Assembly (NCBI GenBank): GCA_964016885.1
Contig: OZ024741.1
Coordinates: forward strand, 233,988,001 to 234,052,000
DNA length: 64,000 nucleotides
Direction: 5' to 3'
Origin: Eledone cirrhosa
Taxonomy: Eukaryota
This document shows positions 1 to 14,185 of the stretch, piece after piece (the first letter of the stretch is position 1; each line of letters begins with the position of its first letter). Both the position numbers and the translations under genes were made by a program. Under the pieces are notes generated by a model, which was given only the letters and a program-made list of their open reading frames with translations, was not told where the DNA came from and made no database searches.

Positions 1-210
1 GACTTATAGATGTGTGTGACTGTTATAGATGTATAGTTTGTGGTACATTGCCATCAATACCTACTTCCAACATAACCAACTCTCCAAAATGTTGGTGCCC
101 CATTTGATTTATTTTTGTATGCTTGATGCATTGATTGCCAGAGATGTTAGGAAAAGCAGAATAACTTTTAGTGAATTGGTCACAGGGTTATTTACTTTGG
201 TAAACGCCAC

Positions 211-430
211 TGCAGGCCAACCACTAATTAAATTTGATACAAATATAATAAGGTTAACAGACTCGCTCGTGAGTGAACTGTCCGAGAGCCGGTCGCCAAA
301 TAAGCTAAGATGTCTCTTCTCCCTCCTTTATAATCCCTAGACTGGAAGTTCAAGGAATCTTCTAGAATTCAACGGGAAGTAACTTCAATTAGTTTTTTCT
401 CCCCCTGGCAAGGTGGTGCTAGTCGCTACA
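211..430 (-). mobile_element. LTR of Gypsy-type retrotransposon (3' LTR on minus strand)
   Basis: 220-bp direct repeat of 2491-2711. On the minus strand it reads TGTAG...CTGCA and is preceded by a polypurine tract (CTGGAGGGGAGCTT, 431-444). Confidence 0.85.
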
Positions 431-1458
431 AAGCTCCCCTCCAGACGATAGTTGATAATAACCGTAAGGTCATTGTAGCGAGGAGCAGTAGAATAAGGAG
501 CAAGCAAAACAAAAGGTACATAAATTACAATGGTTTGTAACAGAAGCAAAGTATGAAAATAAACATGCAGAAAAATGTAACTGGAACAATACAATTCAAA
601 ACAGTACAAGGGAGCAAGGAAAATAGTGCTCAAAAATAAGTTCAAAATTTTTCAAAATCAAATAGTTAATGCTACTAGGGGTTAGACGAATATTGTTTTT
701 GAGGGTTTCCGTGGCCATATTACTGTCCTGCCACTTCGTGTGACCTATGGTTGTGTGGTATGTGGTGTTTGCGGTGGAGGTGAAGGTGCATGTGCGAGGT
801 ATGTCAGGCAATGATGTGAGACTTTCAGAGAAAGCCTTCTTTGCTCTGTCAACGGATATTACCTCTTTTTGACCATTGACACTGTAAAGTGTTTTGGTGT
901 GTGCGAAAGCACACAAAAAGGTCCATTGTAGGGTGACGTACGAGATCCCTTGATGGAATCATTCTGTATGAAAATGTGTGTCCACGTAGAGATGTCCGAT
1001 GGGACAGCAGAAGAAATAGATTGGTCACGAGGGTTCATTGGTGGAAGATCCGAGAAATACGAACAAATCCTGGTAACATATGATGCTGGGTCAAGATGTG
1101 ATGAATCCACTGGTCCAGGAAGAGACAATGTGGTACCATAAAGAAATTCAGCAGAAGAAAAACCTAAATCTGTCTTAATGGCAGAACGACAACCAAGAAG
1201 CACGATTGGCAAAAATTTGGTCCAACGTTGCGGATCAAGAGTAGCTGGAAGTGCAGCTTTCAACTGTCTATGAAACCTCTTGACCATTCCATTGGAGACT
1301 GGATGATAGCTGGTCGTATGAATGTGATGAGCACCCAAGAGTCGTGATATTTCACAAAATAAGGAAGCTTCAAATTGGCATCCACGATCCGTAGTTATTT
1401 TAGTAGGAACACCAAAATGAGCAATCCAATTGGAAATGAAAGCTCGGGCAACGGACTC
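431..1458 (-). pseudogene. Gypsy integrase C-terminal half and 3' region (frameshifted)
   Basis: ORF 859..1338 has TTSYHPVSNGMVKRFHRQLK, LPIVLLG and a SPYNGPF (GPY/F) motif. It runs into the PPT and LTR. Confidence 0.85.
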
Positions 1459-2477
1459 AGGCCACCGTGGCAGCTATGCCGTGGTGAAGCTTATTACGGC
1501 TCGATTTTTCTGGCCTAATATGCGTCGTTTAATCACCGGTTGGGCACATTCTTGTTTGAAGTATCAGCGCTCTAAGATTTATTGGCATGTCCGCGCTCCT
1601 CTTGGGAAATTCAGCCCGCCAGACGCACATTTCCGTCATATTCACATGGATATTGTTGGTCCATGGCCCGTTAGTCGTGGGTTCACATACATATTGACTT
1701 GTATCGATCACTTCTCTCGGTGGCCTGAAGCCATACCCTTAGTGGACATAACAGCAGAGTCCGTTGCCCGATCTTTCATTTCCAATTGGATTGCTCGCTT
1801 TGGTGTTCCTACTAAAATAACTACGGAACGTGGATGCCAATTTGAAGCTTCCTTATTTTGTGAAATATCACGACTCTTGGGTGCTCATTACATTCATACG
1901 ACCAGCTATCATCCAGCCTCCAATGGAATGGTCGAGAGGTTTCATAGACAGTTGAAAGCGCACTTCGCGCTACTCCTGATCCGCACCGTTGGACCGAATT
2001 TTTGCCAATCGTGCTTCTTGGTTGTCGTTCTGCCATTAAGACAGATTTAGGTTTTTCTTCTGCTGAACTTCTTTATGGTAACACATTGTCTCTTCCTGGA
2101 CAAATGTTAGCACCAGTGAATTCATCACATCTTGACCCAGCATCATATGTCACCAGGATTCGTTCGTATTTCTCGGATCTTCCACCAATGAACCCTCGTG
2201 ACCAATCTATTTCTTCTGCTGTCCCATCTTACATCACCCTACAATGGACCTTTTCGTATGTTTTCACACACACCAAAACACTTTACAGTGGCTGTCAATG
2301 GTCGAAAAGAGGTAATATCCGTTGACAGAGCAAAGAAGGCTTTCTCTGAAAGTCTCACATCATTGCCTGACATACCTCGCACATACACAAACACCTTCAC
2401 CTCCACCGCAAACACCACATACCACACAACCATATGTCACACGAAGTGGCAGGACAGTAATATGGCCACAGAAACTC
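1459..2477 (+). pseudogene. Gypsy integrase (HHCC remnant, rve core, GPY/F), inverted relative to the LTRs
   Basis: ORFs 1430..2050, 2002..2325 and 2198..2647 contain FFWPNM, HIHMDIVGP, LTCIDHFSRWPEA, RFGVP, NGMVERFHRQLK and SPYNGPF. Confidence 0.9.
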
Positions 2478-2490
2478 TCCATAACCCTAC

Positions 2491-2711
2491 TGTAGGCCAA
2501 CCACTAATTAAATTTGATACAAATATAATAAGGTTAACAAACTCGCTCGTGAGTGAACTGTCCGAGAGCCGGTCGCCAAATAAACTAAGATGTCTCTTTT
2601 CTCCCTCCTTTATAATCCCTAGATCGGAAGTTCAAGGAATCTTCTAGAATTCAACGGGAAGTAACTTCAATTAGTTTTTTCTCCCCGGGCAAGGTGACGC
2701 TAGTCGCTACA
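2491..2711 (-). mobile_element. LTR of Gypsy-type retrotransposon (5' LTR on minus strand)
   Basis: TGTAG...CTACA termini; near-identical to 211-430. Confidence 0.85.
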
Positions 2712-2867
2712 AACTAGTTAGAGAAAGCAAATGTAATGCAATAGAAATACCTAATTTCATTCAGATATGTGCTTGACTAAATAATAGTAGGATTGAGTTA
2801 GTAGAATAAAATGCATTGAAATACTAAGTACAGTGTGTAGTGAATGAGATGTGTGCTCATTGATTTA

Positions 2868-3118
2868 GGATGTGGAGATTGTGCAGGTCAGTCTTTCAGC
2901 AGAGCCTTCAAGATGTTGGACATCACTGGAGCTAATGGACAAAAAATCCCCATCAAGCCACTGAAGTAGCAAAAGTGGCTTTAAGGTAGCTGTGGCTCAG
3001 GAGGAAGGAGGTATGGATGGAGCATTGCTAACTGGATTCAAGCCAGAGCTTTATCAACTCTGGCTGGATCACTTAAGTGAAGTTGGCTGATGTTGAAAAA
3101 CCTAAAACATCACTGATG
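2868..3118 (+). mobile_element. Degenerate 3' end of an RLE-type (Hero/NeSL-like) non-LTR retrotransposon
   Basis: Conceptual translation GCGDCAGQSFSRAFKMLDITG...EVAKVALR*LWLRRKE resembles the Hero-type C-terminus. It is followed by a GATGTTGAAAAACCTAAAACA 3' UTR-like motif. Family assignment is from memory. Confidence 0.45.
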
Positions 3119-3619
3119 GTGAATTTTATTTAAATGTTTAATGTGTCATCATCATCATCATTTAACATCTGCTTTTCTTGCTAGCAATGGTTATCATCTT
3201 CCTTTTTTCATCAAATTTTCCATGCTGGGATTGGTTGGATAAGGCTTCAGCTGGTTGCCCTTCTTGACACTACTCTTTCAGTCGTTTCTTACAACACACC
3301 GGGATATGGTGTACCTGTTCTAAAACAGATACACACAGTTATATGTAGATATAATAGTTAGTAGTGCAAATTATATTCAAATATTGACAACATATGTAGA
3401 TAGTTTTGCAGGTGTTTCTAAGAAGTAAGATAAACATTACTAACCCTATAAGAATAATTATTTATTTAATTATTTAACCTTTTTTGTGTTTCACAGTTTT
3501 GTAAACTACTAGACTCATTACCATAGTACTTGAATAATGACATTAACATTTTGGAATAATATTAATTGTGAATGGAGTAAACTTTTTTTAATTTGTTAGA
3601 TTTTGCTTTAAGATTGCGA

Positions 3620-3830
3620 GTATCACTGTGTGAGGCTACTGTCCCTCAAATACAGAACATACCATATGAAAGAGATAGTATCACTGTGTGAGGCTACTGT
3701 CCCTCAAATACAGAACATACCATATGAAAGAGATAGTATCACTGTGAGAGGCTACTGTCCCTCAAATACACAACATACCATTTGAAAGAGATAATATCAC
3801 TGTTCGAGGCTACTGTCCCTCAAATACACA
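3620..3830. repeat. 58-bp tandem repeat, ~3.6 copies
   Basis: GTATCACTGTGTGAGGCTACTGTCCCTCAAATAC... recurs at 3620, 3678, 3736 and 3794. Confidence 0.9.
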
Positions 3831-4410
3831 AAATATCATTTATACCTTAGTATTTAGTCAGGTTTGATCTTACTACATAGCACTTTAGGTTAGTAGTGTG
3901 TTTTACCTACGACCCATCACTTGTGAGTGAAATTGAGTAGATTGAAACAGTTTAGAAGTTCATCAAAAGGACTGCTCTTGTTAAGGAAAGGGCCAGTCTT
4001 GTCACATACTTTCAAGCTAATTTCACAATTTTGTCATGTAGTTGATCGAACAACTGGAACACACATTGCTGGAATCTGGTGGAGGTTAATTGCATATAAG
4101 ACAAGATTCCATAAATATTGTGATTATTCTCTAGAGTTAAGCAGATATGTCATAAATCTTCCCATGAAAACGACACTAGGTTTGGATATAATGTAGTTTT
4201 GTTGTTAGCATTGTGGCGTCTAGAGTAAAATATGTATTCTATAGAATCTTCTTTATACCTCCATATCACCTACATCTTAAATTGTATAGGTATGCTATTG
4301 CTCATCTTTCTCCGTTATACCAAATGTCTCAAGCCCTAACAATTTTGGCATCAATCTATATTTTACTGCTTGTTATTGTGTTATTGCATAGCCTCAGGCT
4401 ATCCTTGATC

Positions 4411-4625
4411 ATGCCAGATGTACAATAGACAGTTTGTCAGTTAATTAAGTGTGATACACAGACAGATCTGGTGTTCCATGGCAGATGTACAATAGACAGT
4501 TTGTCAGTTAATTAAGTGTGATACACAGACAGATCTGGTGTTCCATGGCAGATGTACAATAGACAATTTGTCAGTCAACTAGGTGTGATACACAGATAAA
4601 TCCAGTGTTTCATGGCAGATGTACA
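4411..4625. repeat. 67-bp tandem repeat, ~3 copies
   Basis: CAGATGTACA recurs at 4415, 4482, 4549 and 4616. Confidence 0.9.
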
Positions 4626-5399
4626 CTGTGCTTCTACTTAGCTGATGATAATCCTTTACACTTTTACATATATTGATTTCTAATTTAGGCACAAGGCCAA
4701 CACATTTGTGCATGATTGGTACTTTGTTTTATCAACCCCAGAAGGCAAAAATTAAATCCTTGGGTATTTTTAGCTGAGTCCTTTCTGTTGCAAGCATTCA
4801 GGCTAGGTCCCCAGTCTTACAATGACTTTCTCCCTTGCTCCCAACCAGTCACTGAAGCACTTTTCTCATTAAGCCAGTAAAAATAAAAATAAACATTGGC
4901 AGCAGTTTGTGTGTGTACAGATAGTTTGGTGAGAGAGGGTGTGACAGGCCCATTACTAGGCTTTAGTGCTGGGGTGGGGCGGTTCTCAAAACATCTTGGA
5001 GGGAATTCTAATTCCATTGAGAATTTTTTGACCAGCTTCTTTGGATAACTTTTTTGTTCTTTGTTCTTGTTTTGATAAGAAAAATTAGTAAATGAGGGCT
5101 TTAAGGAACATATCTCAGAAAGTTTTTCTTATAAACTATATTTTCTAAATCTGAGGGTGCACCATTGAAAAGTAGAGAGTAGTAACCTATCCCTGTCTTT
5201 GGTGACAGACCCAGGTTGGGACTTTGCCAAGCTAATTTACCCTGGATGCACTACACAAAGACAAAGATCCATTGGTGACCCAACTACACAATGTGTTCAT
5301 GTATATGTATATGTGTGTGTGTTGTTATACCCCTATGGTGTGTGTGTGGGGGGGGGGGGGTAGTTGAATAGATAGTTGAATAAGTGTATTTGTTTTATT

Positions 5400-6050
5400 G
5401 TTTCTGAGCAAAACACAATATTTTGATATGATAATGAAATTATTGTGTACAGTGCTCAGGTGCACTACAACTCATCAATGGAGCATGTGTAATACATAGA
5501 ATAATGTACAAATGTCAGGAAAGTGAATAGTGTATGAGTCATGATATACACGCAGATGCATGCGTGCGTATGGAGGGGGGATATCAAGTGCAGTGTTGGC
5601 GAATTTCAGGAAGCATGGAGGTTTTAAAGGATGCAGGGTCCCGACAGCTAACAACTGATGCACGTAGTTTGTTCCATGCTTCAGTAACTCTGAGCATGAA
5701 AAAATGTTTCCGAAAGTCATGGGAGCTGTGCTGTTTTCTGATTTGTAGGCATGCCCACGGGTGTTATACACATGGAATTCAAAAAGGTGTTCAGGGTTGT
5801 TGTTGGCAAGATGGTTAATAATTTTGTGCGTGTTTACCAAGTCAGTTGCCAGACGTCAGACTTTCAATGTATCCATGCCCAGGGAAGCAAGGCATTTGGA
5901 GTATGATAGATGTCTGATGGAGGGTATTTGCTTGGTTGCACGTCTCTGAACAGTTTCCAGGAGGTCAATGTTCTGAGTAAGATAGGGGTTCCAGACTGGT
6001 GATGCAAATTCTAAGTGTGGCCACACCATAGCTATATGAGCTGTCTGAAA
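5400..6050 (-). mobile_element. CR1-group LINE 3' fragment (RT C-terminus and 3' UTR)
   Basis: VWPHLEFASPVWNPYLTQNIDLLETVQRRATKQIP...NTRGHAYK in ORFs 5856..6059 and 5475..5840. Confidence 0.8.
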
Positions 6051-6608
6051 TATGTACATGTGAGAATGTTAGATGTAACAGGCTAACATCTTATCCAGGA
6101 GGATATTTATCCTTTGTCCTCACTGTTGCCAACAATCTCAGAATAAAATAATCTATACTAATAGCCACACTGAAACCCCAAATCCACAATAGACTATAAC
6201 TCAACAGCCAGTGGCTTCATTCCATTTCAAAAATGATACAACAGTAGCTTAGATCACATACCATGTGATCCATTCACCCCTTCCAGTGTTGAAAGAAAAA
6301 AACAACACCACTTTTAAATTAAAAAAAATTGCAGATTATGAGCAACAAAAAAAATATACAGCTCTGAACTAGTTTCTTCTCTTAATCTTTTGATGAAGGG
6401 ATTTTATCCTGAAATATAAAGAACTGCAAAATAACATCTCAGCATCATTGTCATCAGCATATTTTTAACATATACCATCCAATTCACATTATGGTAGCCT
6501 TTAAACAAAACACTATTTTCTACACTTTACACAATACGTCAGGCAAACTACAACACTCTATACATATATATGTGTGTATGTTTGTGAATATATATGTATA
6601 AATGTATA

Positions 6609-6686
<78 letters not shown>

Positions 6687-6692
6687 TATATA

Positions 6693-7041
6693 CATTAGTC
6701 CCCCAGTATTCGCAGGGGTTACATTCCTAGAGCAGCCACGAAGAGTGAAAAACTGCAAATATTGAACGTGGTCCATAAAAATGCCTATAAATGTCAAAAT
6801 ATAACGTAAGATATAATAAAAAAAAAAGAGGGAACATCTTATGCGAAGGGGCATCCAATAGGCCGGCAAATACGGTATATTTTTATAAATAATTTAGTGT
6901 TAAAAAAATATATATTGCCACAGAAAAAGTCATTAAAAAATTGCAGAAGATATTTACGATTCCGCGAATATGCAATGGTTTCCACGAACAATTATTAGTT
7001 AGGTTCTAAGGAAAATTCTGCGAATAACCGGGGGCACACTG
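6693..7041. mobile_element. pogo/Tigger-like MITE
   Basis: Imperfect TIRs CATTAGTCCCCCAGTATTCGCAG / CTGCGAATAACCGGGGGCACACTG, flanked by TA. Confidence 0.65.
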
Positions 7042-8009
7042 TATATATATACACTACACACTTATATCTGACAGGGTGTATAGTAAAAAATATTTTATTT
7101 AATAATTCTTTGATTTATAACATTCTATGTAAAGATGCTTTAATCTCCAGTTTTCCTTGGACTTCTTTCTCCCTCTTGTCACTCTAGCCATTGCTGTATT
7201 TCATTTAAATCAATTCTAATAATTTTCTTTAATCATTATCAGTCATATATACACTAATTACAATGATTTTGTTGTATCTATCCATCCATCTATTGCTACT
7301 GGGTTTTGCGGTTTCTTACTATTGTTGTTGTTGTCCAAAAATAAATACATCTGTCAAGCAGACTGACAGCTAGAGAGGTGAGTAGGTATGTATATAGACA
7401 GATATGTAGGTAGGTAGATAGACAGATAGATAGATATAGATATCAAATGTTGCCTACTAGCCTACTTGTCAACACTGTGACAGAAAACTAGGAAGGGAGG
7501 AAGATATCAAATCACCATTTCCCTGTCAAAGTTAGCACAGTGTGCTTTTTTAATAATTGTTTCTACTTTTGGCACAAGTGTGCTTTTTTAATAATGATAT
7601 ATATATATATATATTTATTTATTAAAATAACAGATTAAAGTTTAAGCAAAGAATCGCTGCTTTCACCCTTAATGGGATCTTCTTTGGATTTTAGTCTTCA
7701 AATTTATTATTATTACTATATGTATGTATATGTGTATGTATATATATATTATAAATACACTGGTGTGGATATCTGTTTTTAGAAAAGATGCGTCATATCA
7801 TAAGGGGTGACAAAAAGGGTTGGTGTCAGGAAGGGCATCTAGCTGTAAAACATTGTCTCAAAACATCCATGCCAACATGAAAATGTGGACATAAAAACAA
7901 CAATGATATATACATATATACAAATATATATATATATATATATATATAACCCATGCTAGCATGGAAGAACAGACATAAAACTGCGAATTGAACTCACAAC
8001 CTTGCAATC

Positions 8010-8342
8010 AAAAGGTTGTGAGTTCAATTCTCAGACCTGATGATATGTTGTTTCTTTGAACAAGACACTTTATTTCACATTGCTCTAGTTTAGTCAGCTG
8101 TAGAAATGAGATGATAGGACTGGGGTCCCTATCATTCCACTACAAAGTGGTCGTGGAGGTGCCACGGTAAAAAGCACCCAGCCCACACTGTAAAGTGGAC
8201 GTGTAGGCGCCACGGAAAAAAAGCACCCAGCATTCACTGTAAATGAGGTTGGTGTTAGGAAGGGCATCCAGCTGTAGAAATCAAGCCAGAATCAGTTCCC
8301 ATCCCAAGCTGGGAAAAGCAGACGTAAAATGATGATGATGAT
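8010..8342 (+). mobile_element. SINE family A (tRNA head truncated, CORE-like body, RTE-type tail)
   Basis: Homologous to 11897-12221; ends in GACGTAAAAT(GAT)n. Confidence 0.8.
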
Positions 8343-8353
8343 ATATATATATG

Positions 8354-9311
8354 CGGGGGTGCAGATTTTATATTGGCACTTCTTTTTAAACAAAAAAGAA
8401 AATAATATTTTGAAAGCTATGAAAACTCATAATTGCAGTAAACAAAGGGTGAGAGATGCTGATTACTAGGCGACTGGGCTGTGATGAGACAACTGTTAGG
8501 ACATGTGAATGAAGAGCTTCGTTACAAGTATTGCACAATGCAAACAGGACAGCTGCTCTCTCAGAAGTCAAAAGAGAAATGTGTGAAGAGGACCAAGAAG
8601 CTGTTGAACAAGCTTAAGCATCCCCTGGAATCACATGTAGTTCTTCTCTGGTGAAAAAAATTTTTTTTGCAGAACAAGCAAAATAACAGATGGTTAGCAA
8701 TTAGCCTACATGATTTCCTAGGTCATGGAAACTATGTTTCCTGTCCACATCATGGTTTTTGACATGATCAGCAGTGAGGAACATGTCATGCCCCGCTTCA
8801 TCTTTAATGGGGGCCTGAAGGTGAACCAGGATGCATACGTACCAGAGTTTCTGCAGACTGGTAAAGCCCTGGATTGCAGCAGTGGCAAAGGGAAGACCTT
8901 ATGTGTTCTAGCAAGATTCTGTACCACACACACACAGCCAGGAAGGCTCAAAAGTGTTTCTCGAACAACTTTTACAACCATGTCAGCCCAGACATGTGGC
9001 CTGCAAGCCTCTGGACTATTTGTGGGGTGGGGGCAGTTGAAAGAGTCACCAGCAAGACTGCGTGCAACACCAGGGACAAACTGTCAGGCATTCCAAATTT
9101 GGCAGCTGCAATCATGAAATATGCCTGTTTCTGATTTCAAAGTCGCCTCGAGGAGGTTATTAAAGCTGGCGAGGATTATATTGAATAATTATGTAGTATA
9201 CAGGTCCAGTAATTTTGTGTATCTTGAATTTTCAATAAATCTTAAAAGATGAGATTTTATGCCTTTTTTCCTAAACTCAGTTAGCTGCGCCAATTCTACA
9301 TCTGCACTCTG
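8354..9311 (+). mobile_element. Degenerate Tc1/mariner-superfamily transposon, maT (DD37D)-like
   Basis: ~26-bp TIRs CGGGGGTGCAGATTTTATATTGGCAC / GCGCCAATTCTACATCTGCACTCTG. Transposase remnants FPVHIMVFDMISSEEHVMP, GLKVNQDAY and VSPDMWP. Confidence 0.7.
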
Positions 9312-9334
9312 TGTACGTATGTTATATATATATA

Positions 9335-9706
9335 TATGATGAATGGCTCATGAGAGCAGTTCAAGCCATGTACAAGGGGGCTACCAGCAACGTTAAAATC
9401 AACAAATAATACAGTGAGGAATTCAGTGTACAAGTGGGGTCAACTAGGGTTCCGTCCTTAGCCCACTCCTCTTCATTATTGTCCTACAGGTGGTGGATTG
9501 GCAGTATCGGTAGAGGGTCGGACGCCATGCTTTGATGCATAGAGTTACGGCCCTTGCCATTCTGAGTTCAAATCCCTCCGAGGTTAACTTTGCCTTTCAT
9601 CCTTACAGGGTCAATAAAATAAAGTACCAGTAATGCACTGGGTAATTGCTGGCCTTGTGCCAAAAGTAGAAACAATTATTGTCCTACAGGCTATAACAGG
9701 AATTTA
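9335..9706 (+). mobile_element. Old RTE RT fragment interrupted by a SINE
   Basis: EWLMRAVQAMYKG...[14 protein letters not shown], then the SINE, then AIT. Confidence 0.75.
9491..9674 (+). mobile_element. SINE family B (tRNA-derived, Meta-like central domain) with 16-bp TSD
   Basis: A/B-box-like TGGCAGTATCGG and GAGTTCAAATCC. TSD ATTATTGTCCTACAGG at 9475-9490 and 9675-9690. Confidence 0.85.
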
Positions 9707-9708
9707 TG

Positions 9709-11467
<1,759 letters not shown>

Positions 11468-11473
11468 ATGTGT

Positions 11474-11806
11474 CATCATCATCATTTTACGTCCGCTTCT
11501 CCCTGCTTGCAAGGGTGGGACGGGAACTGATTCTGGCTTGATTTCTACAGCTGGATGCCCTTCCTAACACCAACCTCATTTACAGTGAGTGCTGGGTGCT
11601 TTTTTGCCGTGGCACCTCCACGACCACTTTGCAGTGGAATGATAGGGACCACAGTCCCTATCATCTCATTTCTACAGCTGAGTAAACTGGAGCAATGTGA
11701 AATAAAGTGTCTTGCTCAAGGAAACAACACATCACTCGGTCTGAGAATTGAACTCACAACCTTTCGATTGCAAGCCCAATGCTCTAACCACTAAGCCATG
11801 TACCTC
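11474..11806 (-). mobile_element. SINE family A, full length
   Basis: Reverse complement of 11897-12221. Confidence 0.9.
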
Positions 11807-11896
11807 ATGTATACATATATATTTTCAAAATAGGTTTTTTTTTTCTATTTTCTCTGTCCTGTGTGCACCCTATTTTGAAAATATATATGTATACAT

Positions 11897-12221
11897 GAGG
11901 CACATGGCTTAGTGGTTAGAGCATTGGCCTTGCAATCGAAAGGTTGTTAGTTCAATTCTCAGACCGGGTGATGTGTTGTTTCCTTGAGCAAGACACTTTA
12001 TTTCACATTGCTCCAGTTTACTCAGCTGTAGAAATGAGATGATAGGGACTGGGGTCCCTATCATTCCACTGCAAAGTGGTCGTGGAGGTGCCACGGTAAA
12101 AAAAGCACCCAGCACTCACTGTAAATGAGGTTGGTGTTAGGAAGGGCATCCAGCTGTAGAAATCAAGCCAAAATCAGTTCCCGTCCCACCCTTGCAAGCA
12201 GGGAAAAGCGGACGTAAAATG
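11897..12221 (+). mobile_element. SINE family A, full length (tRNA head, CORE-like domain, RTE 3' tail)
   Basis: A box TGGCTTAGTGG, B box AGTTCAATTC and CORE-like TCCTTGAGCAAGACACTT. The last ~40 nt match the RTE 3' end at 11400-11440. Confidence 0.9.
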
Positions 12222-12506
12222 AAAAAAAAAAAAAAAAAAAAAAAATCAATGATGATATATGTGTATATATATATGTGTATGTATATATATATATATATAT
12301 GTGTGTATATATATATCATCATCATCATCATTTTACGTCCGCTTTTCCCTGCTTGCAAGGGTGGGACGGGTTAACTTTGCCTGTCATCCTTACAGGGTCA
12401 ATAAAATAAAGTACCAGTAATTCACTGGGTAATTGCTGGCCTTGTGCCAAAAGTAGAAACAATTATTGTCCTACAGGCTATAACAGGAATTTATGTACAT
12501 ATATAT

Positions 12507-13463
12507 ACTAGACATGAAAAATGCGCAAGCTCAAAAGTGCCACAGAATGTTATAATAAACCTTCAAAAGTGTGGGACTAGAGTTGTTGCTAAAAAATATT
12601 GTAATCATTATATATCGTACATTCTGTGGCATCCTTTATAAAAATAGCTTAAACCAACGAAGCCTTTATTTTTACGCTATTTCACTTAGTTAATTCTTAG
12701 AGTGTAACATATAAAAATATGATTTACAACTATAAAATAAATTAATTAATATAATAACAGAGCTGCGGAGCTGAAATTTAGGAAATAATGGAGTATCGGA
12801 TCCTGAGTTGGAGCCAGTCAATTTTTGGCCGACTCCGCAGCCCTGTATAATACATTTCATATTAAAGTTATTAATAAACCTATTTTACACTTCATGCAAA
12901 TTACCACGAGATATTGATATTAGATATAAGATACAGCGCAATATCTACAGCTGTAAAAGTACGAAAGCGAAGTAATAATAAGTGGCTTAAGGTAATTCCA
13001 ATATGAAAGTTTGTAGTGATAAAAATTTGATAATGCAATACAATTGTTAATATTATAGTTCTATGAAAATGTAACAATAGATAACTAAATTATTTTACTA
13101 TTAGTATATTTAAGAAATTATCATTATAGATTTGATCGTTCATATAAGCATCATATTAAGTTTCAACACAATTATTTTGTTACTATGAGTATATGATAAT
13201 AATATTACGTAATTATTTATAGCTGTTATTACATTAAACATAGATGTATTTATTTTTATATGTTACACTCTAAGAATTAACTAAGTGAAATAGCGTAAAA
13301 ATAAAGGCTTCGTTGGTTTAAGCTATTTTTATAAAGGATGCCACAGAATGTACGATATATAATGATTACAATATTTTTTAGCAACAACTCTAGTCCCACA
13401 CTTTTGAAGGTTTATTATAACATTCTGTGGCACTTTTGAGCTTGCGCATTTTTCATGTCTAGT
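12507..13463. repeat. Inverted repeat, 213-bp arms (12507-12719 / 13251-13463)
   Basis: Arms read as exact reverse complements. The spacer contains a hAT-like terminus, CCGACTCCGCAGCCCTG (~12829-12845). Confidence 0.85.
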
Positions 13464-14017
13464 TTAATATTTTTTTAAGGCAACGCTTGTAATAACTCTA
13501 GTTAAACAGGATATATATTAATAATAAATTATCGTTGTAATGTAATTAGATTATGTAATTGTTATTATAAATTATCTTATAAATATTAGTGTAAGATGTA
13601 TAAAAATATTTTCAGACTTTTAATATAAACAACTACAAAAAACAATCAATATTAAATCAATATATTATACATAATAGAAAACATAAAATATACAATACAA
13701 AAACAAAATATTTACATACAATTGCAATTATCAGTGTATATACATTTTCTTTATATTCCCTGAGCAAATTAATAAGATTTGTTTTTATTGTACATAATTT
13801 GATGACTTGTTGGAGTGTATTAAAAGATAGCAACAATTTGTGATTAAATTGTTATCTTAAGCAACTCACTTTTTAATAGTTGTTGGCTGAGCGAAATTGT
13901 AAAAGCCTATGAGCAAATATAAAAAAAAATACACAAACAACATTTCCTTGTGTTATTACAACATTAGATAAAATAATTAAGCAATGTCGTTATATTTTGC
14001 TCTTATTGCACATTAAT

Positions 14018-14185
14018 AGTGTTTCTATTTTTCGGCACAAATCCATTACGGCAGTCCATTACTGGTACTTTATTTTATCGAATTAGTAAGTATGAAAGTC
14101 GAAGTTAACCTCGGCAGGATTTGAACTTAGAATGCAAAGGACCATAACAATACTGCAAAGCATGGTGTCTGACGCTCTACCAATA
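14018..14185 (-). mobile_element. SINE family B, diverged
   Basis: Reverse complement of the 9491-9674 family sequence. Confidence 0.75.

Noticed and set aside
6385-6425. Possible hammerhead TTGATGA-AGGG...CCT-GAAA-TATAAA
   Set aside because: The core is mutated, there is no cleavage triplet, and stem I is unconvincing.
11897-11970. tRNA gene
   Set aside because: The A and B boxes continue into a multicopy SINE body. It is a SINE head, as are those at 9491, 37651 and 38461.
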